Positions 10,018 through 21,499 are shown, counted from the stretch's first letter. The stretch is DNA of 64,000 nucleotides from an uncultured cyanobacterium (GCA_963744145.1 CAVUSO010000001.1:1678831-1742830); one strand, 5' to 3'. Numbers and translations are program-made. Notes: a model not told the origin generated them from the sequence alone.

Positions 10018-10416
10018 TTGCAAAAATACCTAGGAAAAATAATGCTAAGTTTACCAGAATTAGGAATGCTGTTAATGGCAACTATCGGGAGTGTATCCGG
10101 ACAATATTTTCTCAAACAAGGAGCATTAAAAATTGGCAAAGTGACTGCTAGTAATTTGGTCGGTCACATTTTGAGTTTTGCCACCACCCCAGAATTAGTG
10201 ATTGGTATTACTTGTTATGCTCTGGGGGCGATCGCCTATATTTTGGCCATGACCCGGATTAGACTGAGTATTGTTGGACCTTCCTTAGCTTTGAGCTATG
10301 TTTTCTCCGTTTTATTGGGCTACTATGCTTTTCACGAAGCAATTCCTGTCCATCGACTCTTTGGGTTAGGGTTCATTATGTGTGGTGTGATCCTAGTGGT
10401 GTGGGAAAAATCCTAA
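10018..10416 (+). CDS. small 4-TM EamA/SMR-like protein (ArnE/ArnF-like flippase subunit candidate)
   Basis: 132 aa, four hydrophobic helices, last gene of the operon. Confidence 0.6.
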   Translation: MQKYLGKIMLSLPELGMLLMATIGSVSGQYFLKQGALKIGKVTASNLVGHILSFATTPELVIGITCYALGAIAYILAMTRIRLSIVGPSLALSYVFSVLLGYYAFHEAIPVHRLFGLGFIMCGVILVVWEKS

Positions 10417-10955
10417 GTTAAAAAAGCAATAATCTAAAAATATTATTAAGAATATTTGGCCTAGATGATGATGTCCTCTAGTTTTTTTTGGCATAGATCC
10501 CGATATGTATAGTTTTGTAAACAAAAATCCTACCCAGTTAAAATTATTTTCATCATCAACTTGACCATCAGAAATTTCAGTGAGAACACAGGGGATCGCC
10601 TTTTTTTCACCATCTGGAGCGGGTTTTACTCAATGGACTGCATAAATTTTTGGGATCAAATTCTCCACATTTACAAAACTTTACACATTTTTGTAATAAA
10701 TTGTAATAACAAGCGGCTCAATAGCGTTGTATAAAAATAACCTGAAGGGTAGAGAGGACAGGCAAAAATAATCAAAACACTGTTTTACCAGAATTATCTG
10801 GGTTCTCATAAAAAAGGTAAAATTTTCTAAGATTTCTCAAATCGACAGTTTGATCGCCGCAGCAGGGGAAGGTCAGGCCAAAAAGAGAGAAACTTAAAAT
10901 CAGTGTAAAAAATGTCTGTCCTTGAACTTTCCAGGTTGTGCCATCCGCAGCTTGA

Positions 10956-11532
<577 letters not shown>

Positions 11533-11664
11533 GAATCAAACCTCTAATTAATCAGGCATTTCTGAGTCAAAGTTGAAAACTAAAAACTTCAACTAGAGAC
11601 AAAGTTTGTCCCATCATTCTTGTCACTGAACACTTTGCATATAAATTAGGGAGACAAAACCAAG

Positions 11665-12153
11665 ATGAAAACCCCAATTACTGAAGCAATTGCAGCAGCA
11701 GATACCCAAGGTCGTTTTTTAAGCAACACCGAACTGCAAGCTGTTGATGGTCGTTTCAAACGCGCTGTGGTATGTATGGATGCTGCTCGTGCTTTAACCA
11801 ACAATGCTCAAAACCTGGTTAATGGTGCAGCTCAAGCAGTATACAACAAATTCCCCTACACCACCCAACTGCAAGGCAATAACTATGCCTCTACCCAATA
11901 CGGTAAAGACAAATGCAGTCGTGACATCGGTTACTACCTCCGGATTATCACCTACGCTTTGGTAGCTGGTGGTACCGGTCCTCTAGATGAGTTCTTGATT
12001 GCTGGTTTAGCTGAAATCAACACTACCTTTGAACTCTCTCCTACCTGGTATGTAGAAGCTCTGAAATATATCAAGAGCAACCACGGTTTGGGTGGTCAAG
12101 CAGCAGTTGAAGCCAATGCTTATATCGACTACGTGATCAACGCTCTGAGCTAA
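11665..12153 (+). CDS. cpcA: C-phycocyanin alpha subunit
   Basis: [20 protein letters not shown]...YNKFPYTT...[14 protein letters not shown]...[15 protein letters not shown]. Confidence 0.95.
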   Translation: MKTPITEAIAAADTQGRFLSNTELQAVDGRFKRAVVCMDAARALTNNAQNLVNGAAQAVYNKFPYTTQLQGNNYASTQYGKDKCSRDIGYYLRIITYALVAGGTGPLDEFLIAGLAEINTTFELSPTWYVEALKYIKSNHGLGGQAAVEANAYIDYVINALS

Positions 12154-12319
12154 TTGCAGTAGGACAAAATTAGTCCGAATTCGCAGTTGCGTAGTCCGGA
12201 GAAGAGATGTCCGGATAGGTATGCAGAGGCTAGATAGTCTAGTAATTGTTTACCAGTCTGGGCATCTTTGTTATTGAAACAGGCTTGGCTGAAAAATCTG
12301 TTGGTTGGGAGATTGGTAA

Positions 12320-13186
12320 ATGTCTATTACAACATCAGCGGCTCGCTTGGGCACATCACCCTTTAGCGATGCTAGCCCATTAGAATTGCGGTCAAATTGG
12401 ACAAGTGCAGATGCCGAAAATGTAGTTCGTGCGGTCTACCGTCATTTATTAGGCAACGACTATGTGATGGCATCCGAGCGTTTGGTCGGTGCTGAATCAT
12501 TATTGAAAAATGGCAGCATCACTGTACGCGAATTCGTGCGTTCTGTCGCTAAATCGGAACTTTACAAATCAAAGTTTCTTTACAACAATTTTCAAACTCG
12601 AGTCATTGAGTTAAACTATAAGCATTTGTTGGGCCGTGCCCCCTACGATGAAACAGAGGTAATCTATCACTTAGACCTCTATCAAAACGAAGGGTATGAA
12701 GCGGAAATCGATTCTTACATCGACTCACCCGAGTATGAATCAGCATTTGGGGAAAATGTCGTTCCCTATTATCGTGGATTTGATTTTCAAGCAGGACAAA
12801 GATCCGTTGGGTTTACCCGGTTGTTCCGCTTATATCGCGGCTATGCTAACAGCGATCGCTCTCAAGTAGAAGGCAATAATACTCGTTTAGCCCGAGAATT
12901 AGGACAAAATGGGACTTCAGCCATAGTTGCTCCTTCTGGTGATAACGATGGTTGGGCTTATCGTTCTAGTGTTGATGCTAAACCCAGAACTGCGTTAGGT
13001 GGTGCTTTAGTATTTGGACAGAAAGGCCAAGTCTATCGGCTCCAAGTAACGGGCCTTCGTAATCCTGGATATCCCCAGTTGCGTCGGAGTAGCACTAGCT
13101 TTATCATTCCTTACGAACAGCTAACCACTAAAATTCAGCAAATCCTACGCCAAGGCGGTAAGATTGCCAGTGTGACCCTAGCCTAA
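12320..13186 (+). CDS. cpcC: phycocyanin-associated rod linker polypeptide (PBS linker domain + C-terminal CpcD-like domain)
   Basis: [19 protein letters not shown]...[13 protein letters not shown] linker motifs. Confidence 0.9.
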   Translation: MSITTSAARLGTSPFSDASPLELRSNWTSADAENVVRAVYRHLLGNDYVMASERLVGAESLLKNGSITVREFVRSVAKSELYKSKFLYNNFQTRVIELNYKHLLGRAPYDETEVIYHLDLYQNEGYEAEIDSYIDSPEYESAFGENVVPYYRGFDFQAGQRSVGFTRLFRLYRGYANSDRSQVEGNNTRLARELGQNGTSAIVAPSGDNDGWAYRSSVDAKPRTALGGALVFGQKGQVYRLQVTGLRNPGYPQLRRSSTSFIIPYEQLTTKIQQILRQGGKIASVTLA

Positions 13187-13321
13187 GGGCTAATTTGGTA
13201 AGTGGGAAAATCAGAATTTAGTAATCAGAATTTTCTGGCTCTGCCTAGAGAAATTAAATCTCTAGGCAATGCTAAATTATGAATTCTTCTGTTAATTTTA
13301 CCTAAAGGAGATCAGACAGAT

Positions 13322-13549
13322 ATGTTTGTTGAAAGCACAGTTGGCAGTTATATTAACCGCTTCTTTCGTTATGAAGTAGTCGGGTTAAAGCAAAGCGAAG
13401 AAACTGAGAATTCTACTCATGCGATTCGTCAAAGTGGGAGTGTGTTCCTCACGGTGCCTTACAACCGCATGAACGATGAAATGCGGAAAATTGCTCGCTT
13501 AGGTGGCAGAATCGTCAGTATTCACCCCATCAGTATCCCTCAAGAATAA
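13322..13549 (+). CDS. cpcD: phycobilisome rod-capping linker
   Basis: 75-aa CpcD domain: YEVVGLKQSE...VFLTVPYNRMNDEMRKIARLGGRIVSIHP. Confidence 0.85.
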   Translation: MFVESTVGSYINRFFRYEVVGLKQSEETENSTHAIRQSGSVFLTVPYNRMNDEMRKIARLGGRIVSIHPISIPQE

Positions 13550-13585
13550 GATATTTTCGCCCTGGCTGCCTCAGCATCAAGATTT

Positions 13586-14431
13586 ATGTCGAAGGATTGG
13601 GAATCTTTGGAAGCAAAACCTGCACCATTAGATGGTGAATCGTTAACCGTAGAAAAAGCGATCGCCAATCTCAGTGATCCAGACTTAAGTCTGCGTTATT
13701 ATGCTGCTTGGTGGCTCGGTAAGTTCCGGGTGCGTGAACCAGCAGCGATCGAGGGATTGATGGCTTTGTTAGCAGATCAAGAGCTACAAACAGAAGCTGG
13801 AGGCTATCCACTGCGACGCAATGCAGCCAGGGCTTTAGGAAAATTAGGAGATGTACGGGCAGTACCACTATTAATTGAGTGTTTAAACTGCCCGGATTTT
13901 TACGTGCGGGAAGCAGCGGCGCAATCCTTAGGGATGTTGCAAGCAGCAAGTGCAATTCCGGGTTTAATTAAATTATTAGATGGTGGGGTTGCGGCTGCTG
14001 TCCAAGTGCCAGGAAAACCCCATTTGGTTCAACCCTACGATGCCATTTTAGAAGCATTGGGAAGTCTTGGTGCAACTGAAGCAATTGCCTTAATTCAGCC
14101 TTTTTTAGATCATGAAATTCCTAGAGTTCAGTATGCAGCGGCTCGAGCTTTATATCAGTTAACTGAAAATCCCCTTTATGGCGATCGCTTAGTCGCAGCT
14201 TTACAAGGTCGGGATCTGCAATTGCGACGATCAGCTTTGCTGGATTTAGGTGCCATTGGCTATTTACCCGCAGTTGAGGCGATCGGTAAAACTTTAGCAG
14301 AAAATAGTATTAAATTGATCGCTCTAAAAGGAATCTTAGAACATCATTTGACTTTAAATATTGAGAGCGAATCCGGCTCATTATCTGAATCGGCGATCCA
14401 GATCATGAATTTAATGGACTCTCTCCTATGA
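13586..14431 (+). CDS. cpcE: phycocyanobilin lyase alpha subunit (HEAT repeats)
   Basis: HEAT-repeat protein (LRYYAAWWLGKF..., RRNAARALGKLGD...) in conserved position after cpcD. Confidence 0.85.
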   Translation: MSKDWESLEAKPAPLDGESLTVEKAIANLSDPDLSLRYYAAWWLGKFRVREPAAIEGLMALLADQELQTEAGGYPLRRNAARALGKLGDVRAVPLLIECLNCPDFYVREAAAQSLGMLQAASAIPGLIKLLDGGVAAAVQVPGKPHLVQPYDAILEALGSLGATEAIALIQPFLDHEIPRVQYAAARALYQLTENPLYGDRLVAALQGRDLQLRRSALLDLGAIGYLPAVEAIGKTLAENSIKLIALKGILEHHLTLNIESESGSLSESAIQIMNLMDSLL

Positions 14432-15087
14432 ATAATCCAAACAATATATTAAAACTAATCCAAGCTGTTGAAGATGCAGATTCAGCTCCTAGCTTATTAA
14501 AAGCGGTGCGGGAACTAGCTCAGGCTCAATCAGTCCCAGCGATCCCTGTATTAATTAAGGTTTTAGGTTATAATAATCCAGGTGCCGCAGTAGCCGCAGT
14601 AGAAGGATTAGTTGCCCTAGGAGAAATTGCGGTAGAACCAATTTTAAATCAACTAGATAGTTATAATTATGGCGCTCGTGCTTGGACGATTCGGGCTTTA
14701 GCAGAAATTGGTGACCATCGGGCTTTAGATTTATTAATTCTAGCCGCAGAAACAGACTTTGCACTGAGTGTCCGACGCTCTGCGGCTAAAGGGATTGGTA
14801 GTATTAAATGGGAGAAGATGGGACTGAGTGATCGTCCTGTAGCACAAAAAAGAGTTTTTCAAACCCTAGGCTTAAACTGTGAAGATCCGGAATGGGTAGT
14901 CCGTTATGCAGCGATCGTGGGATTAGAGAAATTAGCGATCGCCGTTAGTAGCGATCCTCCTGATTGGTATCCTCAAATTTTGGCTCTATGGCAAAAACTA
15001 TCAACCATAGATGCAGAATTAGTAATTAAAGCTCGTTGTCAACTAGCAATTCAACATTGGCAAAAAGAACCAATCTCAATCATCTGA
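14428..15087 (+). CDS. cpcF: phycocyanobilin lyase beta subunit
   Basis: HEAT-repeat protein, 4-bp overlap with cpcE. Confidence 0.85.
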   Translation: MNNPNNILKLIQAVEDADSAPSLLKAVRELAQAQSVPAIPVLIKVLGYNNPGAAVAAVEGLVALGEIAVEPILNQLDSYNYGARAWTIRALAEIGDHRALDLLILAAETDFALSVRRSAAKGIGSIKWEKMGLSDRPVAQKRVFQTLGLNCEDPEWVVRYAAIVGLEKLAIAVSSDPPDWYPQILALWQKLSTIDAELVIKARCQLAIQHWQKEPISII

Positions 15088-15106
15088 ATCAATTATTTTT
15101 TCAGCT

Positions 15107-15295
15107 ATGGAAAATACCGAAACATGGTATATCGTCAAACGTCCAACTGGATTTTGCGATATTCTGGCTAGTACAGAAGTTAACAACTCAGAAAATCCTA
15201 ATATTGTCCAACAATGGGGTCCGTTTAGCGATCGTCAACAAGCGATCGCCCGTCAAGTTGGTTTAATTAGAGCTGGTAAATGTCAGCCTAAATAA
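15107..15295 (+). CDS. small hypothetical protein (62 aa)
   Basis: ORF from track directly downstream of cpcF; no recognisable motif. Confidence 0.25.
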   Translation: MENTETWYIVKRPTGFCDILASTEVNNSENPNIVQQWGPFSDRQQAIARQVGLIRAGKCQPK

Positions 15296-15336
15296 ACAAA
15301 AGGAACCCATTCAATCATCAATAGGAGGTAAAAATT

Positions 15337-15912
15337 ATGTCTGTAGTAGCAACAGAGCGAAAGAAATTTACTGTAGAGGAATATTACCAACTAGGTGAAG
15401 TCGGGATACTTCGTGATGATGATCGGGTAGAGCTAATTGATGGGGATATTATTTATATGGCACCAATAGGGACTCGCCACTCAGGGTGCGTTACTCGTTT
15501 AGTAACAATTTTTTCTGGACTTGTTTTCAGAAAGATTATTTCTTTACCAGTACAAAATCCAGTTCATATAGATGGCTATTCTCAGTTACAGCCAGATGTA
15601 GTGATAGCCAAACCAGCTAAAAATGGTTATGGCGATCGACATCCTCATCCTGAAGATATTCTTTTGCTGATTGAAGTAGCAGATACCACAATTAAAAAAG
15701 ACCATCAAAAGGCAATTGTCTATGGTAGAGCAGGGATTATTGAACTTTGGATCGTAAATTTAGAAGCCGAATTAATTGAGGTTTATCGCCACCCCAGTTC
15801 TAATGGCTATGAAAGTATCCAACAATTTAGACCTGGTGAAACTATCACACCCCTGGCATTTTCAGACATAGTAATTAGGGTTGATGAGATTTTATGGGCT
15901 ATTGAGGAGTGA
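15337..15912 (+). CDS. Uma2 family (DUF820) PD-(D/E)XK putative endonuclease
   Basis: Strong RBS AGGAGGT; FTVEEYYQLGEVGIL...ELIDGDIIYMAPIG...LLIEV pattern typical of cyanobacterial Uma2 proteins. Confidence 0.8.
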   Translation: MSVVATERKKFTVEEYYQLGEVGILRDDDRVELIDGDIIYMAPIGTRHSGCVTRLVTIFSGLVFRKIISLPVQNPVHIDGYSQLQPDVVIAKPAKNGYGDRHPHPEDILLLIEVADTTIKKDHQKAIVYGRAGIIELWIVNLEAELIEVYRHPSSNGYESIQQFRPGETITPLAFSDIVIRVDEILWAIEE

Positions 15913-16073
15913 CTAAACCACTGACTTTCGGGCATTAAATTGGTTGCGATCGGTAAGTTTGGCGATCGCCGAACTACTGCCAATAACAGACCACCAAATA
16001 ATTAATCTTGATATCATTTGCCCAAATCCCATAGATAGGGTAATGGATCGATATATTGGTGGTCTCGTATTCA

Positions 16074-16123
16074 GTAGGGACGCAATATCTCTTGCGCTGG
16101 GCGCAAGAGCAATACATCCCTAC
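16074..16123. repeat. small palindromic dispersed repeat (GTAGGGACGCAA...CTCTTGCGC-TGG-GCGCAAGAGCAAT...CCCTAC)
   Basis: Perfect 9-bp stem; shares GCGCAAGAGCAAT...CCCCTAC with copies at 38289-38314 and 38715-38749. Confidence 0.5.
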
Positions 16124-16537
16124 TTAGTTCCCTTTTGACAAAGCTGTTTCGACTTGATTAAATTCTTGCTCAAGTCGGTTTTTCAGCTTTTCTGACAACG
16201 GACGATTTGGATAGGAACTATAGTGTCCAGCTAAAGAATTCAATGCAGTTCGCATGGTGGTAAATGATGTCAGTGTTAGTAAGGAGCTGTCCCGTCGATA
16301 CCAAGCAGCAAAATCATTAATTCTTTGACGTGCTTCTACTTGAGCTGCGGCTTGCTCTGGTGTATGGTCGGGTAAATTAATCGCAGTTCGCAAACTATTT
16401 ACCAAAGCCAAGGTATCTTGACGATAATCACCACTAATGCTACTGTTTCCCGTCGAACAGCCTGATAAGCTTAGGGTTACCACCAAAAATAGTGCGAATA
16501 GCACTGTCAGAAAACGTTTCATCATAAATGACCACAA
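16124..16537 (-). CDS. psb27: photosystem II assembly lipoprotein Psb27 (start probably at MKRFL, near 16522)
   Basis: Lipobox LSGC; YRQDTLALVNSLRTAI...FTTMRTALNSLAGHYSSYPNRPLSEKLKNRLEQEF matches Psb27. Confidence 0.8.
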   Translation of the reverse strand: MWSFMMKRFLTVLFALFLVVTLSLSGCSTGNSSISGDYRQDTLALVNSLRTAINLPDHTPEQAAAQVEARQRINDFAAWYRRDSSLLTLTSFTTMRTALNSLAGHYSSYPNRPLSEKLKNRLEQEFNQVETALSKGN

Positions 16538-16637
16538 AAGGATAGCTTTTTAATCATCAAAAGTAAGGTTGATCCTACCTTGGATCGGTATCATGCGATC
16601 TGGGTGCTATTTAAAAAGCTATTAATCAGACTATGGT

Positions 16638-17444
16638 TTAACCAAAACGTCCACTGACATATTCCTGAGTTGATTTCTGAGCAGGACTTTGGAAGATAAT
16701 TTGAGTTTCATCATATTCGACCAAGTAACCGATCCTACCACCTTTGTCCGTGGATTCCACATTAAAAAATGCGGTCATATCGGATACCCGTGAAGCTTGC
16801 TGCATATTGTGAGTAACAATCACAATGGTATATTGCTCTTTGAGTTCATGGAGAACCTCTTCAATCCGAAGGGTAGAGATGGGATCTAAAGCTGAACAAG
16901 GTTCGTCCATCAAAATCACATCCGGTTGAACTGCTAAAGCACGAGCAATACATAATCGTTGCTGTTGTCCTCCTGATAAAGCTAGACCACTTTGTTTCAG
17001 TTTATCCTTAACCTCATCCCAAATTGCAGCTTGCTTGAGCGATCGCTCGACTAACTCATCCATATCCCCTTTAAACCCATTAATCCGGGAACCAAAAGCA
17101 ATATTGTCATAAATTGATTTTGGAAAAGGATTAGGTTTTTGAAATACCATTCCAATCCGACGACGGACCTCTACCGGATCAATATCCTCAGCATAGAGAT
17201 CTTGGTCATAGTACAAAATTTTTCCTTCTGCTCGAAAAATTCGGATCAGGTCATTGAGACGATTATAACAACGCAGCAAGGTACTTTTACCACAGCCAGA
17301 AGGACCAATAAAAGCCGTAATGCGATTTTTGGGAATGTCTAAAGAAACATTCCGCAACGCGAGAAAATTGCCATAGTGAACATTGACGTTTTCTGCGCGT
17401 AAAACAGTTTCAGTTTGATTTAAAATCTGATTCTGGGAAAGCAT
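16638..17444 (-). CDS. pstB: phosphate ABC transporter ATP-binding protein
   Basis: Walker [10 protein letters not shown], signature LSGGQQQRL, PstB-specific N-terminus. Confidence 0.9.
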   Translation of the reverse strand: MLSQNQILNQTETVLRAENVNVHYGNFLALRNVSLDIPKNRITAFIGPSGCGKSTLLRCYNRLNDLIRIFRAEGKILYYDQDLYAEDIDPVEVRRRIGMVFQKPNPFPKSIYDNIAFGSRINGFKGDMDELVERSLKQAAIWDEVKDKLKQSGLALSGGQQQRLCIARALAVQPDVILMDEPCSALDPISTLRIEEVLHELKEQYTIVIVTHNMQQASRVSDMTAFFNVESTDKGGRIGYLVEYDETQIIFQSPAQKSTQEYVSGRFG

Positions 17445-17538
17445 AAAATATCCGAATTACCTTTGCTATTAACATCAACAGCCGATTAAGTGCGGGATTT
17501 ATGAATTTAGGAAAAGTTTGATCCCGGCTCAGTTTTTT

Positions 17539-18447
17539 TTAATAGATTTTGCGAGCAGTTGCTAATCGAGATACCACACTGGTAACCAACACTAATAACA
17601 CTAGAATTAGAGATGCTGCCCAACCTAGCGATATATAATTTTGAAACCTTGCAGCATCATAGACAAAAACTGCCAAGGAAGCAGCGGGTTCAAATAAAGC
17701 GTCTAAGTTTTCTTCAGAAAAACGCAGATAATATTGACTGGAAAGAGCTGTAAATAATAAAGGAGCAGTTTCTCCAGCCGCACGAGCAATCGCTAAAGTA
17801 ACACCAGTGACAATTGCTGGTAAAGCTGCAGGTAAAACTACTCGGAAAACCGTGTGGTAGTTAGTTGCACCTAGTCCGACTGATGCTTGTCTCACTTCTT
17901 GGGGAACTAGCTTGAGGGATTCTTCTGTGGCTCTGACAATAATTGGTAACATCAAAATCGATAAAGCAAAACCACCAGCGATCGCGGTAAAACCTCTGTT
18001 GATCGTTAGCACTACTGCTCCATAAGCAAAAACCCCGACAATAATTGAAGGAACTCCACTCAGTACATTAGTAGCAAACCGAATCCAATCAGCCAGTTTG
18101 GTTTCCACACCAAATTCCGATAAAAAGACTGCTGCCATGATCCCGACGGGAACACTAATAATAGCACCGATCCCTACCATTACCAATGTCCCCTGGATCG
18201 CATTACCAAAACCATTACCACGGGGAGGAGTTAGATCAAAAAACACATCGATATTTAATTGGCTAGCACCTTGATAAACAACATAGAACAAAACTGCTAA
18301 TAACGGTAGCAGTGCTAATCCAGCAGCTAACCAGCACAGACCTGTCATAATCATCCCAAACAGAGTCCGAAATGAAGCAGGATTATGTTTTAAATTGCTA
18401 GCAGTCAAAGGAGAAACTGATGGTGTTTGAGGTTGGGGAGATGTCAT
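17539..18447 (-). CDS. pstA: phosphate ABC transporter permease PstA
   Basis: 6-TM permease with EAA-like motif AIARAAGETAPLL. Confidence 0.85.
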   Translation of the reverse strand: MTSPQPQTPSVSPLTASNLKHNPASFRTLFGMIMTGLCWLAAGLALLPLLAVLFYVVYQGASQLNIDVFFDLTPPRGNGFGNAIQGTLVMVGIGAIISVPVGIMAAVFLSEFGVETKLADWIRFATNVLSGVPSIIVGVFAYGAVVLTINRGFTAIAGGFALSILMLPIIVRATEESLKLVPQEVRQASVGLGATNYHTVFRVVLPAALPAIVTGVTLAIARAAGETAPLLFTALSSQYYLRFSEENLDALFEPAASLAVFVYDAARFQNYISLGWAASLILVLLVLVTSVVSRLATARKIY

Positions 18448-18490
18448 ATCAATTTTTTGCTTAGATACCCTAAATTATTCAGGTTTATGA

Positions 18491-19594
18491 CTAGATTTTT
18501 TGCACTCGACGAATCAATAACTCAGCCAAGATATTAATAAAAAGGGTTAAGCCAAACAGAATTAAAGCCGCATACAAAAGTGCTGATACTTGCAAACCAC
18601 TAGCTTCGGGAAATTGATTAGCTAATAGAGAAGCGATCGTATTAGAAGTAGACAAGATGGAAGCACTAATGCGATTAGAATTACCAATCAACATTGTGAC
18701 AGCCATAGTTTCTCCTAAAGCTCGACCTAATGCTAACATAATGGCACCCACTACTCCGGAAAATGCCGCTGGGACTAAAACTTTAATAATCGTTTCCCAA
18801 CGAGTAGAGCCAAGTCCATAAGCTGCTTGACGTAATTCCGGAGGTACAGAAATTAAAGCGTCGCGGGAAAGAGCTGAAATTGTTGGTAATACCATGATCG
18901 CTAGCACGATCGCTGCGGGGAATAATCCTGGTCCACGGGGAATGCTACCAAAAATTGGCAACCAGCCTAAATATTGATTAAGTAGGGTTCCTAAAACCGT
19001 AGTTAAGGGGATTAAAACTGCTATCCCCCACAAACCATAGACCACACTTGGAATCGCTGCCAAAAGTTCTACTAAAAAGACTAATATCACCTGCACATTT
19101 GATGGTAAAAAGTCTTCGCTCAGAAATATCGCTACCCCAAGACCTACAGGTACTGCAATCAGCAACGCAATCAAAGAACTCATAATTGTCCCATAGATTT
19201 GGGGAAGTGCCCCAAATCGGGGTTGGTCTAGATTGGGAGCCCAATCACTAGACCAAAGAAACTCGATCCCATATTCCTGTATCGCTGGGATCGCCTGAAA
19301 TGCAACTACCAACGTAATACAGATCAAAGTTCCAGCTACAGCTAGGGCTAAAATTTGTGTTAGCCAAACAAATCCCCGATCCATAAATCGATCTAGTGGT
19401 GGTCGGGGATTGATGTGTTTTTTATCGTTTCCATTGGGAGATGATGATAGACTCATCTGAATTTTTTCCTCAAAATATGCCCAAACCTCACCAGGATCTT
19501 GGTCGCAACGGAAAACTGGGGATTTTTTATCGTTTGCTGATCTTAAATTAAAGCAGTAATCTGTCCATTGCGATTCATGGTGCAAAAGTATCAT
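18491..19594 (-). CDS. pstC: phosphate ABC transporter permease PstC (true start probably internal, near 19456)
   Basis: LGRALGETMAVTMLIG EAA motif; gene order pstC-pstA-pstB. Confidence 0.85.
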   Translation of the reverse strand: MILLHHESQWTDYCFNLRSANDKKSPVFRCDQDPGEVWAYFEEKIQMSLSSSPNGNDKKHINPRPPLDRFMDRGFVWLTQILALAVAGTLICITLVVAFQAIPAIQEYGIEFLWSSDWAPNLDQPRFGALPQIYGTIMSSLIALLIAVPVGLGVAIFLSEDFLPSNVQVILVFLVELLAAIPSVVYGLWGIAVLIPLTTVLGTLLNQYLGWLPIFGSIPRGPGLFPAAIVLAIMVLPTISALSRDALISVPPELRQAAYGLGSTRWETIIKVLVPAAFSGVVGAIMLALGRALGETMAVTMLIGNSNRISASILSTSNTIASLLANQFPEASGLQVSALLYAALILFGLTLFINILAELLIRRVQKI

Positions 19595-19742
19595 ACAAAT
19601 AGACTAAACTACGGTATGTTAAGGGTTGATTAAGGACGGAATCAGTTTTTAGTTGTGAAGAAATAAATTTAAAGACTTGGAAAAGTTAGTCATAAAACGA
19701 TAAAATAACAAATCACTAAGTACAGTAATCAAAGGGTAGAAC

Positions 19743-20885
19743 GTGGTTGAAGTAGCTCAGTCTAGCTTGTTGACAAAATCTGATCTTGATTCCCTTGAGC
19801 CGATCGCCGAAAATATGGTAAATCAGCCAGAGTCATTGCGAGTATGGCTCAGTCAGCTAGTAGCAAGAATTATCGCTGGTCAGTATTTACACCGATCCGA
19901 AGCGCTGATGCTGACAAAAATTGAAGGTCAAACCAATATTTTGCTACTAGGTGAAGCAGCAGATCAAGTGCGGAAAAATTGCTGTGGGGATATAGTTGAT
20001 TTATGCAGTATTGGGAATGTTAAGTCTGGTAATTGCTCGGAAAATTGTGGATTTTGTTCCCAATCAGCACATCACCCTGGTACGGATGCACCAATATATA
20101 AGTTAAAATCCAAGACTGATATTCTTACTCAAGCAAAAGCAGCAGAAAGTGCTGGAGCAAGTAGATTTTGTCTGGTTTCCCAAGGACGTGGGCTGAAATA
20201 TAATAGCCCTAATAATAATGAATTTGCAGAAATTTTAGCGGCAGTTAAACTGATAATTACAGAGACTAATATTAAACCCTGCTGTGCTTTAGGAGAGATT
20301 ACTCCCGCACAAGCAGAAGAACTAAAAGCCGCAGGAGTCACCAGATATAATCATAATTTAGAAGCATCAGAAAACTTTTTTCCTCAGATTGTCACCACCC
20401 ACACTTGGCGCGATCGGGTCGAGACCATCAAAAACCTCCAAGCTGTAGGTATCCAAGCTTGTACTGGGGGTATTTTAGGCATGGGAGAAACCTGGGAAGA
20501 TCGAGTAGATTTAGCTTTAGCTCTACGGGAATTAGAAGTAGAATCCGTACCTTTAAACCTACTCAATCCACGTCCTGGGACACCCTTGGGCGATCGCCCC
20601 AAATTTGATCCTTATGAAGCACTCAAAGCGATCGCGATTTTTAGATTAATTCTCCCCACCCAAATTATCCGTTATGCAGGTGGTCGAGAAGCCATCATGG
20701 GAGAACTGCAAGCTTTAGGATTACAATCTGGGATTAATGCTATGCTGATTGGCAATTATCTCACCACCTTGGGTCAATCGACCGCACAAGACCACCAGAT
20801 GTTGAGTACCCTGGGACGCAAAGGTGGAGAAGCCCCCATTCCTGACCACCGAGGTAGCAGCAATAGGGGAACTATTATCGCTTAA
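19743..20885 (+). CDS. bioB: biotin synthase (radical SAM)
   Basis: CSENCGFC radical-SAM cysteine triad; YNHNLE; C-terminal BioB motifs. Confidence 0.85.
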   Translation: MVEVAQSSLLTKSDLDSLEPIAENMVNQPESLRVWLSQLVARIIAGQYLHRSEALMLTKIEGQTNILLLGEAADQVRKNCCGDIVDLCSIGNVKSGNCSENCGFCSQSAHHPGTDAPIYKLKSKTDILTQAKAAESAGASRFCLVSQGRGLKYNSPNNNEFAEILAAVKLIITETNIKPCCALGEITPAQAEELKAAGVTRYNHNLEASENFFPQIVTTHTWRDRVETIKNLQAVGIQACTGGILGMGETWEDRVDLALALRELEVESVPLNLLNPRPGTPLGDRPKFDPYEALKAIAIFRLILPTQIIRYAGGREAIMGELQALGLQSGINAMLIGNYLTTLGQSTAQDHQMLSTLGRKGGEAPIPDHRGSSNRGTIIA

Positions 20886-20899
20886 ATGGTCAAATATAA

Positions 20900-21499
20900 T
20901 TGGTAAAATCCAAAAATTCAAAATCTACCGTGGGTGTTCCAACTGAACTACTGTGGGCTTTTATTGGCTTACTGATGACAATCGGTGGCAACTTTTTAGA
21001 AGCTTCAATGGCCAGTCCCACTTGGGCTGGAACTCAGCAAGGAATAGAGATTCATTCTCTAGGTGTCACCTATCAAATTGGAGCGGTTCTCCTAGTGGGT
21101 TGCTTAGGTGGAAAAAATGCTGGAGCCCTATCCCAAATTGCTTATTTAGTCTTGGGGTTAAGTCCGTGGTTTTCGGTTTTTGCTAAAGGTGGTGGTCTAG
21201 ACTATCTGAAAGAACCTACATTTGGTTACTTAATTGGCTTTATTCCTGGTGCTTGGATCTGTGGTTGGTTAGCATTTAAAATGCCACCTCGCATCGAATT
21301 CTTAGCTTTTAGCGGTTTATGTGGTCTATTGAGTATCCATCTGATTGGTCTAAGTTATCTGCTTGTCAGTGAATTTTTTAGCCCAGATATCTGGTCAGAT
21401 ATTCTCAAATACTCATTCAATCCCTTATCCGGACAGTTAGCAGTTGTCTGTGCTGTTGCTGTCTTAGCCTTTATGCTACGACAGTTAATGTTTTATTAA
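20900..21499 (+). CDS. bioY: BioY family biotin transporter substrate-binding membrane component
   Basis: About 190-aa 6-TM protein; GALSQIAYLVLGL...GGGLDYL...PTFGYLIGF resembles BioY core; adjacent to bioB. Confidence 0.6.
   Translation: MVKSKNSKSTVGVPTELLWAFIGLLMTIGGNFLEASMASPTWAGTQQGIEIHSLGVTYQIGAVLLVGCLGGKNAGALSQIAYLVLGLSPWFSVFAKGGGLDYLKEPTFGYLIGFIPGAWICGWLAFKMPPRIEFLAFSGLCGLLSIHLIGLSYLLVSEFFSPDIWSDILKYSFNPLSGQLAVVCAVAVLAFMLRQLMFY

Noticed and set aside
13671-13955. 94-aa minus-strand ORF inside cpcE
   Set aside because: Antisense to conserved cpcE; spurious
14555-14764. 69-aa minus-strand ORF inside cpcF
   Set aside because: Antisense shadow ORF
18978-19244. 88-aa alternative-frame ORF within pstC
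   Set aside because: Same strand, wrong frame relative to conserved PstC sequence
20129-20921. Several 66-77 aa ORFs on both strands overlapping bioB
   Set aside because: Shadow ORFs within a strongly supported radical-SAM CDS
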